A stretch of 64,000 nucleotides of DNA from Clostridia bacterium (lineage in GTDB: Bacteria > Bacillota > Clostridia > UBA1381 > UMGS1253). Each line of letters starts with the position of its first letter. The first letter of the stretch is position 1. Shown one piece after another: positions 9,496 to 19,016 of the stretch. The notes beneath the pieces were generated by a model. It ran no database searches and was not told the origin of the DNA. It saw only the letters and a program-made list of their open reading frames with translations. Where the stretch lies: positions 9,841-73,840 of the forward strand of contig JAZNLB010000025.1 in assembly GCA_045578865.1 (NCBI GenBank), in the 5' to 3' direction. The position numbers and the translations under genes are program-made.

Positions 9496-11424
9496 TTGAA
9501 GAAACATTTAAAGGGCATAGGTTTTTATGTTGTGTTGATTGCCGTACTGCTCGGCATGGTTTATTCTTTGACCAACGCGCGCCCGACGGTTACACAAAAA
9601 GTGTATTCCGATTTGATACTGGAGATAGAAGCCGGCAGAGTAACGGAATTGACGGTCAGCGGAAATACAGCCGTTGCAAAACTGGCAGATGTAGCTGCGA
9701 CTGAGGATGGAAAAACCGCGCAGAAGGGCAGCAACCTTATTGAAGTTGAAATTCCGAATGCGCTTGTGTTTGAGCAGGATTTGGGCGATACAATCCGCGC
9801 GCAGGTGAAGGAAGGCAAACTCATCTACATCACGCAGGCACCTGAGACAACGCCTTGGTGGGTATCGTTATTGCCGCTTTTGGGTACACTTGCGCTTGGC
9901 GTATTTATTTACTTTTTCTTTATGCAACAATCCGGCGGTGGCGGAAAGGCAATGTCTTTCGGTAAGAGCCGCGCAAAGATGATGACGGATAGCAAAAAGA
10001 AAGTGACATTCAAGGATGTGGCAGGCGCCGAGGAAGAAAAAGAGGAACTTGAAGAAATTGTTTCGTTTTTGAAAGAACCGAAACGATTTACCCAGCTTGG
10101 TGCACGCATTCCGCGCGGCGTACTACTTGTTGGCCCTCCGGGAACGGGAAAAACCCTGCTTGCCAAAGCAGTTGCAGGCGAGGCGGGTGTGCCTTTTTTT
10201 AGCATCAGCGGTTCGGATTTTGTAGAGATGTTTGTCGGTGTCGGCGCATCACGCGTGCGTGATTTGTTTGATCAGGCAAAGAAAAACAATCCTTGCATTG
10301 TGTTTATTGACGAAATTGATGCCGTCGGTCGTCAAAGAGGAGCAGGCCTCGGCGGAGGACACGATGAGCGTGAGCAGACACTCAATCAACTTTTGGTTGA
10401 AATGGATGGTTTTAGCGAAAACAACGGTGTGATTATTCTGGCGGCAACCAACCGACCGGATATTTTAGACCCGGCGCTTTTAAGACCGGGCAGATTTGAC
10501 CGACAGGTCGTTGTTGGCAGACCGGATGTTCGCGGTCGAGAGGATATTTTGAAGGTGCATGCCAAAGGAAAACCGCTTGCGGATGAAGTGGATTTGGGTG
10601 TAATTGCAAAAACGACTTCCGGATTTACCGGTGCGGATTTGTCAAATTTGATGAATGAGGCTGCACTTTTGGCGGCTAGAGAAGATGCAAAGCAAATCAC
10701 CAATAAGCACCTTGCAGATGCGATGCTCAAAGTGGTAATGGGCACGGAAAAGAAGTCTAGAAAAGTTACGGAAGCGGAAAATAAACTTACGGCATATCAC
10801 GAGGCGGGCCATGCGGTTGCAACTCGTTGTCTGGAGTCGATGGATCCGGTGCATGAGGTTTCCATTATTCCGCGCGGTATGGCAGGCGGCTATACCATGC
10901 ATCTGCCGAAGGAAGATAAGTGGTATTCGTCTAAAAAACAGATGCTTGATACGCTGGTAGTGCTTTTGGCAGGTCGTGTAGCAGAAAAACTAACACTCGA
11001 TGATATCAGTTCCGGTGCCTCCAATGATATTGAGCGTGCAACAGCGATAGCCAGAGATATGGTAACAACCTACGGTATGAGCGAGGAAATCGGCCCGATC
11101 AATTACGGTTCGTCACAAGAGGTATTTCTCGGCAAGGACTTCGGTCATGCGAGAAATTACAGCGAAGAGATTGCAGGTTTAATTGATCGTGAGATGAAAA
11201 AAATTATAGACGGTGCTTATGAGCACTGTGAAACCTTGCTGTCGGAGCATATGGATGAACTCGAACGCGTGGCACAGGCGCTTTTGAAGAAAGAAAAGTT
11301 GTCGGGCGAAGAGTTTGAAAAGGTGTTTTTGGGTGAGCCTATCGATGTGCTGACAGAAGAAATGGTAGAAGCAACCGAACCGAAGGTTGTGGATATAGAT
11401 GAAAATAAAGAGGAGGAAAATTAA
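9496..11424 (+). CDS. ftsH: ATP-dependent zinc metalloprotease FtsH
   Basis: Two TM segments, Walker A GPPGTGKT, Walker [12 protein letters not shown] region and zinc motif HEAGHA are present. The start is probably TTG, 10 nt after GGAGG. Confidence 0.96.
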   Translation: MKKHLKGIGFYVVLIAVLLGMVYSLTNARPTVTQKVYSDLILEIEAGRVTELTVSGNTAVAKLADVAATEDGKTAQKGSNLIEVEIPNALVFEQDLGDTIRAQVKEGKLIYITQAPETTPWWVSLLPLLGTLALGVFIYFFFMQQSGGGGKAMSFGKSRAKMMTDSKKKVTFKDVAGAEEEKEELEEIVSFLKEPKRFTQLGARIPRGVLLVGPPGTGKTLLAKAVAGEAGVPFFSISGSDFVEMFVGVGASRVRDLFDQAKKNNPCIVFIDEIDAVGRQRGAGLGGGHDEREQTLNQLLVEMDGFSENNGVIILAATNRPDILDPALLRPGRFDRQVVVGRPDVRGREDILKVHAKGKPLADEVDLGVIAKTTSGFTGADLSNLMNEAALLAAREDAKQITNKHLADAMLKVVMGTEKKSRKVTEAENKLTAYHEAGHAVATRCLESMDPVHEVSIIPRGMAGGYTMHLPKEDKWYSSKKQMLDTLVVLLAGRVAEKLTLDDISSGASNDIERATAIARDMVTTYGMSEEIGPINYGSSQEVFLGKDFGHARNYSEEIAGLIDREMKKIIDGAYEHCETLLSEHMDELERVAQALLKKEKLSGEEFEKVFLGEPIDVLTEEMVEATEPKVVDIDENKEEEN

Positions 11425-11622
11425 ATGAAGATTACAAAGGATATGATTATTGCTGATGTTTTGAGAATGGACCCGACGACTGCACAGTACTTTTTGCAAA
11501 TGGGTATGCATTGCCTTGGTTGTCCGTCTGCGAGCGGAGAATCCATCGAGGATGCTTGTGCAGTACATGGCGCAGATGCAGATGCGCTGGTTGAAGCATT
11601 AAATAAGCATTTGGAAAACTGA
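11425..11622 (+). CDS. small DUF1858-like redox/disulfide protein
   Basis: The 65-aa product contains GMHCLGCPSA, typical of the hybrid-cluster-associated DUF1858 family as I recall it. Confidence 0.65.
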   Translation: MKITKDMIIADVLRMDPTTAQYFLQMGMHCLGCPSASGESIEDACAVHGADADALVEALNKHLEN

Positions 11623-11708
11623 TTGCATAGCGGTACCGACATGGTCGGTACCGCATTTGTGCTTGTATAATACGCTTTAGAATAGAAAGTGAAAGGGGGG
11701 AATCGGTA

Positions 11709-13031
11709 ATGAACAAGGTTATCAAACGCATGCGTGCTTGGATGACTTCCATATTGTCCGTGGAAGTACTGCTTCGTGAACAGAAGTTGCTTTTGTTTGC
11801 GATGTTGTTTTACTTTTGTGCGACCGGGGTTTGTGGTGTATATGTTAATTTATTTATCTATAGAACAACAGTAAATTTGGCCTCTATGTCGGCGACGAAT
11901 GCGTTGACAAATGTAATTGTATTTAATTTGTTTAATTATATCTTTTCGATTATCGTTTCTGCTCTTTTGGGTTTGTTTGGCAAAAGATTCACGGGGAAAA
12001 ACGGCATGCTTGCAGGAATGTTTATCTATATTGCCCTATTTGTTTTTCTGCTCGTGACAGAGGCTACAATACTCAATCAACTTTGGATTCTTGCTCTTGC
12101 TTGTGCAAGCGGCAGTGCTCTGTTTCATGTTTCGTACAATCAGATTTTGAGTGTGACTTTTGCTGAAAGTACAAAACGACTGTTTATTTCTTTGATCGGT
12201 ACTTTTATAGGAATTGCTGGCGTAATGACACCGCTGATTGCGGGCATTTTTGTGCAAAATGGTCAAAATATGAACGGATACGCAGTTGCGTTCGGTACTG
12301 CGCTTGTGATGCTTGCGGTGTCTGTCGGCTTTGTGCTCTATGTTCGTTTGCCGAGCAAGAGAGCTTCAAAACGCACTTATTTTGCCGGTGTTTTATTGCA
12401 GGGGATAAAAGACCGTAATCTACGGTTGGTACATATGGCTGAACTTTTGCGCGGTATCCGTGAAGGCGCTTTGGTGTTTTTGTTTCCGGTGCTGATATAT
12501 GCTTTGAGTGAAAATGCGTTGCTTGTCGGTTTGTATGTTGCAATATGTGCAGGGGCACAAGTGCTCGGCGAGCGCCATGTTGCCCGTACGCAAACGCCGC
12601 AAAATCGCATGGGTCTTATGCTGTTTGCGGTTGCGGTTATCGTGGTGGCAACAGTTATTTTTGCTTTTGGTTTTAATGTTATGGCGATTTATGCTTACGG
12701 CATAATTACGGCGTTAATCAGCGGGTTTATGTATCTGCCTATTGTAGGCTTGTTTCATTGGTCAATAGGTACTATTGGAAATTCAAATAAAAAAGCATTG
12801 GAAATTCAGCAGGTGCGAGAATTGTTTATCGGCGTTGGTAAATTGCTTGGTTGCCTTTTGGTATGGGGTTTTTATAAAATCAACATGTTGCCGGCGGCCG
12901 TGATTTTAGTAAACTTTATTTCGGTTTTGGTATGGGTGTTGTTTAGTCGTGTAGGGGAAGATGCACAAGGGCAGGAGATTGCTTTAAACACAGCTGCGGA
13001 AGCTCCGGGGGAGCAAAAAGATGCTGATTAA
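11709..13031 (+). CDS. MFS-like polytopic transporter, substrate unknown
   Basis: The 440-aa product has roughly 12 predicted hydrophobic helices and a central basic loop. Confidence 0.6.
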   Translation: MNKVIKRMRAWMTSILSVEVLLREQKLLLFAMLFYFCATGVCGVYVNLFIYRTTVNLASMSATNALTNVIVFNLFNYIFSIIVSALLGLFGKRFTGKNGMLAGMFIYIALFVFLLVTEATILNQLWILALACASGSALFHVSYNQILSVTFAESTKRLFISLIGTFIGIAGVMTPLIAGIFVQNGQNMNGYAVAFGTALVMLAVSVGFVLYVRLPSKRASKRTYFAGVLLQGIKDRNLRLVHMAELLRGIREGALVFLFPVLIYALSENALLVGLYVAICAGAQVLGERHVARTQTPQNRMGLMLFAVAVIVVATVIFAFGFNVMAIYAYGIITALISGFMYLPIVGLFHWSIGTIGNSNKKALEIQQVRELFIGVGKLLGCLLVWGFYKINMLPAAVILVNFISVLVWVLFSRVGEDAQGQEIALNTAAEAPGEQKDAD

Positions 13032-13060
13032 AAATGCATGTGAAAAAGCTTTGGAAAAAG

Positions 13061-13089
13061 TAGACAAAATATAAATATTATGCTATAAT
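13061..13089 (+). promoter_or_regulatory. strong sigma-A promoter (TAGACA-N17-TATAAT with a TGc extended -10)
   Basis: Read directly as tagaca aaatataaatattatgc tataat. It is followed by AGGGAG 8 nt before the ATG at 13119. Confidence 0.65.
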
Positions 13090-13118
13090 CAACATAAATT
13101 ATTTAGGGAGTGATTTAT

Positions 13119-13412
13119 ATGGCAGCAAAAAAAGAAAAGCTGTTAATGTATAAGGGTAAGCCGCTCGTTCGCAAGGACAATTTGATTTTTTACGGAAATC
13201 CGGGTGATAAGTACATCGTTGCTTTTGTATTAGGCGACTTTAAAAAGGTCGGTAATACGGAGGTTGCAGGCAAGGTGGACATCTTATTGCAACAAAATGA
13301 TGCGTACATGAACATTAAAAACAAGATGATTAAAAAGGCGGAAAGAACAGACCTTTGGTCTGCGATGGACATCGGTGTTTTCTGGCTGGAGGATGCATTA
13401 AAGCATGTGTAA
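13119..13412 (+). CDS. conserved-looking small protein of unknown function (97 aa)
   Basis: It has a strong promoter and RBS and a terminator hairpin downstream. I recognise no motif. Confidence 0.6.
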   Translation: MAAKKEKLLMYKGKPLVRKDNLIFYGNPGDKYIVAFVLGDFKKVGNTEVAGKVDILLQQNDAYMNIKNKMIKKAERTDLWSAMDIGVFWLEDALKHV

Positions 13413-13415
13413 GAA

Positions 13416-13479
13416 AAAAGCGTTTCGGTAAAGGGCGTTGGTCTTAGAGATAATACGCCTTTATTACCGGAACGCTTTT
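13416..13479. terminator. long bidirectional hairpin between convergent genes
   Basis: The outer stem is aaaagcgtttcggtaa / ttaccggaacgctttt (one G-U pair) and the inner stem is ggcgt / acgcc. Confidence 0.8.
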
Positions 13480-13483
13480 GTGT

Positions 13484-13966
13484 TTAATGATGTACAATAT
13501 CTTCGAGTGTATAGTCAATCGCTTGTGACAAAGCGGCAGCACTTAGTTCAAGCTGGTAGCCAATTTTGCCGGCGCTGACACATAAGGTTTCCACCTGTGT
13601 TGCCGAGTTGTGTACAACGGTCTTAAAAAACTTTTTCATGCCGATGGGCGAACAGCCTCCGCGAATGTAACCGGTTACTTTGTTGATATCGGCAACCTTA
13701 ATCATTTCCACTGCTTTTTCGCCGACAGCGCGTGCTGCTGCTTTTAAGTCCAGCTCCTCGGCTACGGGTATTACAAATACATAGTATTGCTTGGTAGGCG
13801 CTTGTGTAACGAGCGTTTTAAATACACGCTCGACCGGAATTCCGAGTTTTTCTGCCACGGAAATGCCGTCGATTGCAGTGCCGTCACTGTCGTATTGGTG
13901 TGCAATGTAAGGAACTTTTTTTGCATCTAAAATACGCATGGCATTGGTTTTAAAATTCGGTTTCAT
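13484..13966 (-). CDS. ybaK: Cys-tRNA(Pro)/Cys-tRNA(Cys) deacylase YbaK
   Basis: The product has a YbaK/ProX editing-domain pattern (NAMRILD..., GYIRGGCSPIGMKK). Confidence 0.85.
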   Translation of the reverse strand: MKPNFKTNAMRILDAKKVPYIAHQYDSDGTAIDGISVAEKLGIPVERVFKTLVTQAPTKQYYVFVIPVAEELDLKAAARAVGEKAVEMIKVADINKVTGYIRGGCSPIGMKKFFKTVVHNSATQVETLCVSAGKIGYQLELSAAALSQAIDYTLEDIVHH

Positions 13967-14180
13967 ATTTGTTTTTTTCTCCTTATAGATTATCACAAGA
14001 TATTATATCTGTTTTAATTAAGAATTTCAAGACTCTTTGCAATGACATCAGGGCGCTTGAATCATTTGTCAAGTTTGTTCGGTTCAGGAATGGCCAATAG
14101 GAGTATTTCCGATTTTTTGTCAATTCATATTATACACGAATATCAGATAAAAAGTTTTTTTGGAAATATGAAAAAAAGGC

Positions 14181-14209
14181 TTGCAATTCAAAAAACTTTG
14201 TGGTAAAAT
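14181..14209 (+). promoter_or_regulatory. sigma-A promoter for rplS (TTGCAA-N17-TAAAAT with TGg extension), followed by a ~70-nt leader
   Basis: Read directly from the sequence. Confidence 0.6.
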
Positions 14210-14282
14210 GGCTTGGTGATACGGATGGTCCTCTGCCGAAAAGGTCGGTACGAACATCTATGAAGGAAGGAGGCAAATTCAA

Positions 14283-14624
14283 ATGGATATGATTAAAGCA
14301 TTGACAGAAGGTCAGATCAGAACCGATTTACCTCAGTTGAATATCGGTGACACATTAAAGGTTTACTTTAAGGTTATCGAGGGTACACGCGAAAGAGTTC
14401 AGATGTTTGAAGGAACGCTTATTAAAAAGCATGGCAGCGGCATTTCTGAAACTTTTACCGTTAGACGAGTATCGTACGGTGTTGGCGTAGAAAGAACCTT
14501 CCCGGTAAATTCTCCGAAAATCGAAAAGGTTGAGATTTCCCGTAAGGGTCGCGTTCGCAGAGCGAAGCTGTACTATTTGCGTGACAGAGTTGGTAAGAGC
14601 GCAAAGGTTAAAGAGAAGATTTGA
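14283..14624 (+). CDS. rplS: 50S ribosomal protein L19
   Basis: The product contains ...[46 protein letters not shown]. Confidence 0.96.
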   Translation: MDMIKALTEGQIRTDLPQLNIGDTLKVYFKVIEGTRERVQMFEGTLIKKHGSGISETFTVRRVSYGVGVERTFPVNSPKIEKVEISRKGRVRRAKLYYLRDRVGKSAKVKEKI

Positions 14625-14633
14625 TTTTAAAAC

Positions 14634-14666
14634 AAAGGGGGACTGTATAAAGTCCCCTTTCGTTTT
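14634..14666 (+). terminator. rho-independent terminator after rplS
   Basis: The stem aaagggggact / agtccccttt is followed by cgtttt. Confidence 0.75.
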
Positions 14667-14695
14667 AGAAATTTCTGAATTCGGAGGTTTTGTTT

Positions 14696-15499
14696 ATGGA
14701 GGAAAATCGCCAATTTGACAACAATGATTTTGAAGAAGAGCAGTCCGGCATGGTTTTTCATGCGGACAGCGTTGAAATAGAAGAAGCAGAAGAGGCCAAA
14801 GAAGCAACGGACAATGATGTAATAGATATGCAGGAGGATGTGCCGGCAAAGAAAGACCCGATGCGTGAAATTTTGGAGTGGGTGGTCTGTATTGCGCTTG
14901 CGCTCGTGCTTACTTTTGCAATTAAGGCGTTCTTGTTTGACTTTGTTGTGGTGGACGGACAGAGTATGTACTCTACATTAGAGCATGGCGACCGTTTGGT
15001 GCTCACAAAAATCGGATTTGAACCTGAGCGCGGGGATATTGTGGTGCTGGATGCACATTATAAGGCGCGCGGTGTCTATTTTGAGTCGCGCCGTGAACTC
15101 GGAGAGGATATCAGCGCATTCGACGAGTTCGTGACGGTGAATTTAAAAAGAAGAGAAGCCAAGCAAAAAGGCATTGATAAACTCTACTATGTAAAGCGTG
15201 TGATTGCACTGCCGGGTGATGTTGTGGATATTGACCCGATTGCCGGAACGGTAAGCGTAAATGGTGAGGTGCTAAACGAAGCGTACCTCGATGAAAATGT
15301 AATCACACCGCTCGGCTATGGTATGCGCTATCCGTATACGGTAGAAGATGGACATGTGTTTGTTATGGGAGACAATCGCACAAACTCATTAGACAGTCGG
15401 TACAGCGATGTCGGCACCGTGCCTGTGGAAGCGCTCAGCGGAAAAGTAACGCTGCGTATTTGGCCGCTTGATGTACTCGGCGGCGTTTACGAAGATTAA
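14696..15499 (+). CDS. lepB: signal peptidase I
   Basis: A TM anchor is followed by the S26 motifs VDGQSMYSTL (Ser nucleophile), YVKRVIALPGD (Lys) and GDNRTNSLDSR. Confidence 0.92.
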   Translation: MEENRQFDNNDFEEEQSGMVFHADSVEIEEAEEAKEATDNDVIDMQEDVPAKKDPMREILEWVVCIALALVLTFAIKAFLFDFVVVDGQSMYSTLEHGDRLVLTKIGFEPERGDIVVLDAHYKARGVYFESRRELGEDISAFDEFVTVNLKRREAKQKGIDKLYYVKRVIALPGDVVDIDPIAGTVSVNGEVLNEAYLDENVITPLGYGMRYPYTVEDGHVFVMGDNRTNSLDSRYSDVGTVPVEALSGKVTLRIWPLDVLGGVYED

Positions 15500-15593
15500 A
15501 TTTATAATGTGAAGCAAAGGCTTTTTCTGCGGAGAAAGCCTTTTGTTTTGACATTGGGCGTGAAAACTGATATACTATAAGCAGGTGAGAGTT

Positions 15594-16451
15594 ATGAATG
15601 TACAATGGTATCCGGGGCATATGGCAAAAACCAGACGCCTGATTGAAGAAAATGTAAAGTTAATTGATGTGGTTGTTGAGATTATGGATGCGCGTGTACC
15701 GCTGAGTAGTCGCAATCCGGATTTTGATGTATTTTTCTCGTCTAAACCGCGTATTGCACTTTTGAATAAGACGGATTTGGCAGATGCGGCGGTAACGGAG
15801 CGTTGGGTCGCATGGTATAAATCGCGCGGCATTGAAGTGATTTGCATCAATGCACTCGCCGGCAAAGGCACGGATAAAATCGTACAGGCAGCGCGGACAC
15901 TTTTGAAAGATAAAATAGAAAAAGATGCCGCACGCGGCCTGACGCGTTCCATCAAAATGATGGTGGTCGGCATTCCGAATGTCGGCAAGTCGTCGTTTAT
16001 CAATCGTCTGTGCAAAAAAGCAGCGGCAAAAACGGGTGATAAACCCGGCGTAACAAAGGGAAAACAGTGGCTTCGTTTGCGCGAGGGTGTTGAGATTTTG
16101 GATACGCCCGGTATTTTGTGGCCGAAATTTGAAGACGAGCGCGTTGGTTTGCATCTGGCGTTTATTGGCTCAATTCGCGATGAAATTATGGACACGGAAA
16201 CGCTTTGCTGTCATTTGCTTGAAGCATTAAAAGAGCGTTATGCAGACAAACTCTGCGCGCGCTATAAATTAGACGATATTGACCAGGAGGAAACGGGTTA
16301 TGAGCTTTTGCAGCGCATTTCTAAAAAGCGCGGCTTTGTGATTTCGGGCGGAGAAATAGATACGGAGCGCGGCGCGCGTGTTGTGCTTGACGAATTTCGT
16401 TCGGCTACGATTGGACAAATTACGCTCGAACTTCCTATGGATGCACAATAA
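15594..16451 (+). CDS. rbgA: ribosome biogenesis GTPase A (YlqF/RbgA), circularly permuted GTPase
   Basis: MNVQWYPGHMAKT N-terminus, NKTDL (G4) preceding GIPNVGKSS (G1), and DTPGILWPK are present. Confidence 0.93.
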   Translation: MNVQWYPGHMAKTRRLIEENVKLIDVVVEIMDARVPLSSRNPDFDVFFSSKPRIALLNKTDLADAAVTERWVAWYKSRGIEVICINALAGKGTDKIVQAARTLLKDKIEKDAARGLTRSIKMMVVGIPNVGKSSFINRLCKKAAAKTGDKPGVTKGKQWLRLREGVEILDTPGILWPKFEDERVGLHLAFIGSIRDEIMDTETLCCHLLEALKERYADKLCARYKLDDIDQEETGYELLQRISKKRGFVISGGEIDTERGARVVLDEFRSATIGQITLELPMDAQ

Positions 16452-16488
16452 ATAAGCGCCGCAGTATGCAGCGCCTTTGTGTTTGTTT

Positions 16489-16719
16489 TTATTTTACTAT
16501 GAAATCTGCGACATCTGCCATCAGGTCGGTTGCATCGTCGGTATGAGCGATTACACCTATGGGCTGGGATAAATCCAGGGAAAAAATACCCATGATGGAT
16601 TTTGCATCAACCACATATCGACCGGAGGTTAAGTCAATGTCGTATTTGTATTTGGTGACTGCGCTGACAAAATTTTTTGCATCAACGGATGTGGATAAGG
16701 TGATGTTGAATTTAACCAT
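16489..16719 (-). CDS. HPr-fold protein lacking the His15 phosphorylation site but retaining a Ser46-type KSIMG motif
   Basis: In the 76-aa product, VDAKSIMGIFSLDL aligns with HPr/Crh VNAKSIMGLMSL. The N-terminal region has no GIHARPA-like His. Confidence 0.7.
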   Translation of the reverse strand: MVKFNITLSTSVDAKNFVSAVTKYKYDIDLTSGRYVVDAKSIMGIFSLDLSQPIGVIAHTDDATDLMADVADFIVK

Positions 16720-16749
16720 GAATGTTACCTCCCAAAACTTGATGTGTTC

Positions 16750-16778
16750 ATTTTATCAGTTTTTGCAGTCATCGTCAA
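16750..16778 (-). promoter_or_regulatory. sigma-A promoter for the HPr-like gene (TTGACG-N17-TAAAAT on the minus strand)
   Basis: Read directly from the sequence. Confidence 0.6.
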
Positions 16779-16899
16779 GGTTAAGTCGAGGGGGAGTCGA
16801 AGCCCTCAGGGTTTAACCATAACACACGCATACGAACCCGCCTGAAAGGGCGCCTTTGCGTATGTTTGAGGTTTGTCATCCTTACAAGGCGTGATTAAG

Positions 16900-18207
16900 A
16901 TGGAGAAGTTGATGAAAACAGTAGCATTTTGCACATTGGGGTGCAAGGTAAATCAATATGAAAGTCAGGCAATGAGTGAACTTTTTGCTGCTGCAGGTTA
17001 TGGGATAACGCCGTTTGAAAACAAGGCAGATGTGTATGTGATTAACACCTGCTCGGTTACCTCGATGGCGGATCGTAAATCTAGACAGATGATTCGTCGT
17101 GCCAAAAAGACCAATCCGGCTGCGTATGTGGTTGTGACGGGGTGTTTTGCTCAGACCGCCGCGGACAAAGTGGCTCAAATCGAGGGTGTGGATTTGGTGG
17201 TCGGCACTTCGGGCAGAGATAGGATTGTTGAACTTGTCGAGCAAAAGACAAGTGAAAAAATTTTAGTAAATGACATCATGCAGGTACATGATTTTGAGCA
17301 ATTATCCGTTTCGGGTTACTGTGAACATACCCGTGCTTTTATTAAAGCGCAAGAGGGTTGTAGTCAATTTTGCAGTTATTGCATTATTCCGTATGCGCGC
17401 GGACCTGTGCGTAGCCGGGATAAGACACAAATTGTACGAGAAGCGGAGCGTTTGGCACAAAACGGCTATGCTGAAATTGTGCTTGTCGGCATCCATATCG
17501 CATCCTATGGCCGTGATTTGAAAGAAGAAACGAGTTTGCAGGATTTGATTACGCAACTTGAAGGTATTGACGGCATCCGCCGTATTCGATTAAGTTCCAT
17601 TGAACCAATGCATCTAAATGCTGACTTTGTTGAGACGGTGAAAAAATCGAAAAAACTTTGCAGACATTTTCATATTTCTTTGCAAAGCGGTTGCGATGCG
17701 ACGCTTCGCCGAATGAATCGTAAATATTTAAGCTCGGATTACGAAAAAATCGTGCAGGGTTTGCGCGAGGCTTTTGATGATGTGGCAATTACAACGGACA
17801 TTATGGTTGGTTTTCCTGGCGAAACAGAGGAGGAATTTAATAAATCTCTTGCCTTTGTTGAAAAAATGCAGTTTGCCGAGGCGCATGTGTTTGCTTATTC
17901 CGTGCGTGGCGGTACACCGGCGCAACGGATGGATAATCAGGTGCCGCCGCAAATCAAGCATGCGCGCAGTGCGAAAATGATTGAAGTGAGTCAAAAAGCA
18001 CAAATTGCCTTTTTAAAGCGGTTTGTCGGCAGAGAAACGGAAGTGCTGTTTGAGCAACCGGTTGCAGGGCAAGCGAATGTGTATGAAGGGAAAACGGATA
18101 ATTACATTACGGTACATGTACCAAGCAAATGCGACCTTACCAATCAGTTTCATACGGTTATAATTGAACGAGTAGATGGAGCTGTGCTGGTCGGCAGATT
18201 GAAATGA
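16900..18207 (+). CDS. mtaB: tRNA methylthiotransferase MtaB (MiaB-like radical SAM)
   Basis: UPF0004 N-domain cysteines (TLGCKVNQYES, NTCSVT, TGC), radical SAM CSQFCSYCIIP and a TRAM-like C-terminus are present. The start could instead be the ATG at 16912. Confidence 0.88.
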   Translation: MEKLMKTVAFCTLGCKVNQYESQAMSELFAAAGYGITPFENKADVYVINTCSVTSMADRKSRQMIRRAKKTNPAAYVVVTGCFAQTAADKVAQIEGVDLVVGTSGRDRIVELVEQKTSEKILVNDIMQVHDFEQLSVSGYCEHTRAFIKAQEGCSQFCSYCIIPYARGPVRSRDKTQIVREAERLAQNGYAEIVLVGIHIASYGRDLKEETSLQDLITQLEGIDGIRRIRLSSIEPMHLNADFVETVKKSKKLCRHFHISLQSGCDATLRRMNRKYLSSDYEKIVQGLREAFDDVAITTDIMVGFPGETEEEFNKSLAFVEKMQFAEAHVFAYSVRGGTPAQRMDNQVPPQIKHARSAKMIEVSQKAQIAFLKRFVGRETEVLFEQPVAGQANVYEGKTDNYITVHVPSKCDLTNQFHTVIIERVDGAVLVGRLK

Positions 18208-18950
18208 GGGGTTTTGATTTGAATAAAACTGTGTTGATTACGGGCGCTTCGCGCGGCATCGGTGCGGCGTGTGCACTGGAGTTTGCAAAAAATGGCTATC
18301 GTGTGATTGTCAACTACAATAAAAACAGGAAAGCTGCAGAGTCAGTGTGTTCCAAAATCCGTGAACTTGGTGGCGTTTGCATGCTTGTTCGAGCGGATGT
18401 TTCTAAATTTAAGCAGGTGGAAAGAATGTTTGGAGAGGCGCAGGCGTTTGGCGGCGTTGATGTGTTGGTAAACAATGCAGGGATGGCGCAGACGGCTATG
18501 CTATGTGATACAACGCCTGAATTGTGGAAAAAAATGTTTGCGACCAATGTAGATGGTGTATATCACACCTGCCTTATGGCTGCGCGAACCATGGTGCAAA
18601 AAAAGTGTGGCAGTATCATCAATGTTTCCTCAATGTGGGGGATGGTGGGAGCATCGTGCGAGAGTGCATATTCGGCAACGAAAGCCGCAGTTATCGGCTT
18701 TACGAAAGCCCTTGCAAAAGAACTCGGCCCGTCCGGTATTACGGTTAACTGCGTTGCGCCTGGAATGGTGGATACAGATATGAACGGACATTTGAGCATA
18801 GAAGATATTGATGCTATTTGCGATGAAACGCCGCTCGGTAGAGTGGCAACGCCGCAGGAAATTGCCAAGGTTGTTTGCTTTTTGGCAAGTCAATCGGCTG
18901 GGTTTATCACCGGGCAGGTTATCAGTCCGAACGGCGGTTTGGTAATTTAG
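18204..18950 (+). CDS. SDR family oxidoreductase (FabG-like 3-oxoacyl reductase)
   Basis: TGASRGIG, NNAG and the catalytic S...YSATK are present. Confidence 0.85.
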   Translation: MRGFDLNKTVLITGASRGIGAACALEFAKNGYRVIVNYNKNRKAAESVCSKIRELGGVCMLVRADVSKFKQVERMFGEAQAFGGVDVLVNNAGMAQTAMLCDTTPELWKKMFATNVDGVYHTCLMAARTMVQKKCGSIINVSSMWGMVGASCESAYSATKAAVIGFTKALAKELGPSGITVNCVAPGMVDTDMNGHLSIEDIDAICDETPLGRVATPQEIAKVVCFLASQSAGFITGQVISPNGGLVI

Positions 18951-19016
18951 CTCTTGAAATTTTATAATCAACGAAGTATAATAAATTTATAAATTTTTGG
19001 ATAGCAGGTGAGGGAT

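Noticed and set aside
14210-14282. Possible ribosomal-protein L19 autoregulatory leader upstream of rplS.
   Set aside because: A ~70-nt leader exists and contains a small CCGA-aaag-GTCGG hairpin. I cannot reproduce the Rfam L19-leader consensus from memory, and the structure is weak. An Infernal scan would be needed.
15575-16195. 206-aa ORF antisense to rbgA. Similar long antisense frames are 20342-20908, 23856-24521, 38446-39069 and 46312-46953.
   Set aside because: Each is fully embedded opposite a confidently identified conserved gene and lacks an RBS. Their translations are low-complexity, rich in Ser/Arg/Cys/His, as is typical of shadow frames. They are treated as non-coding.
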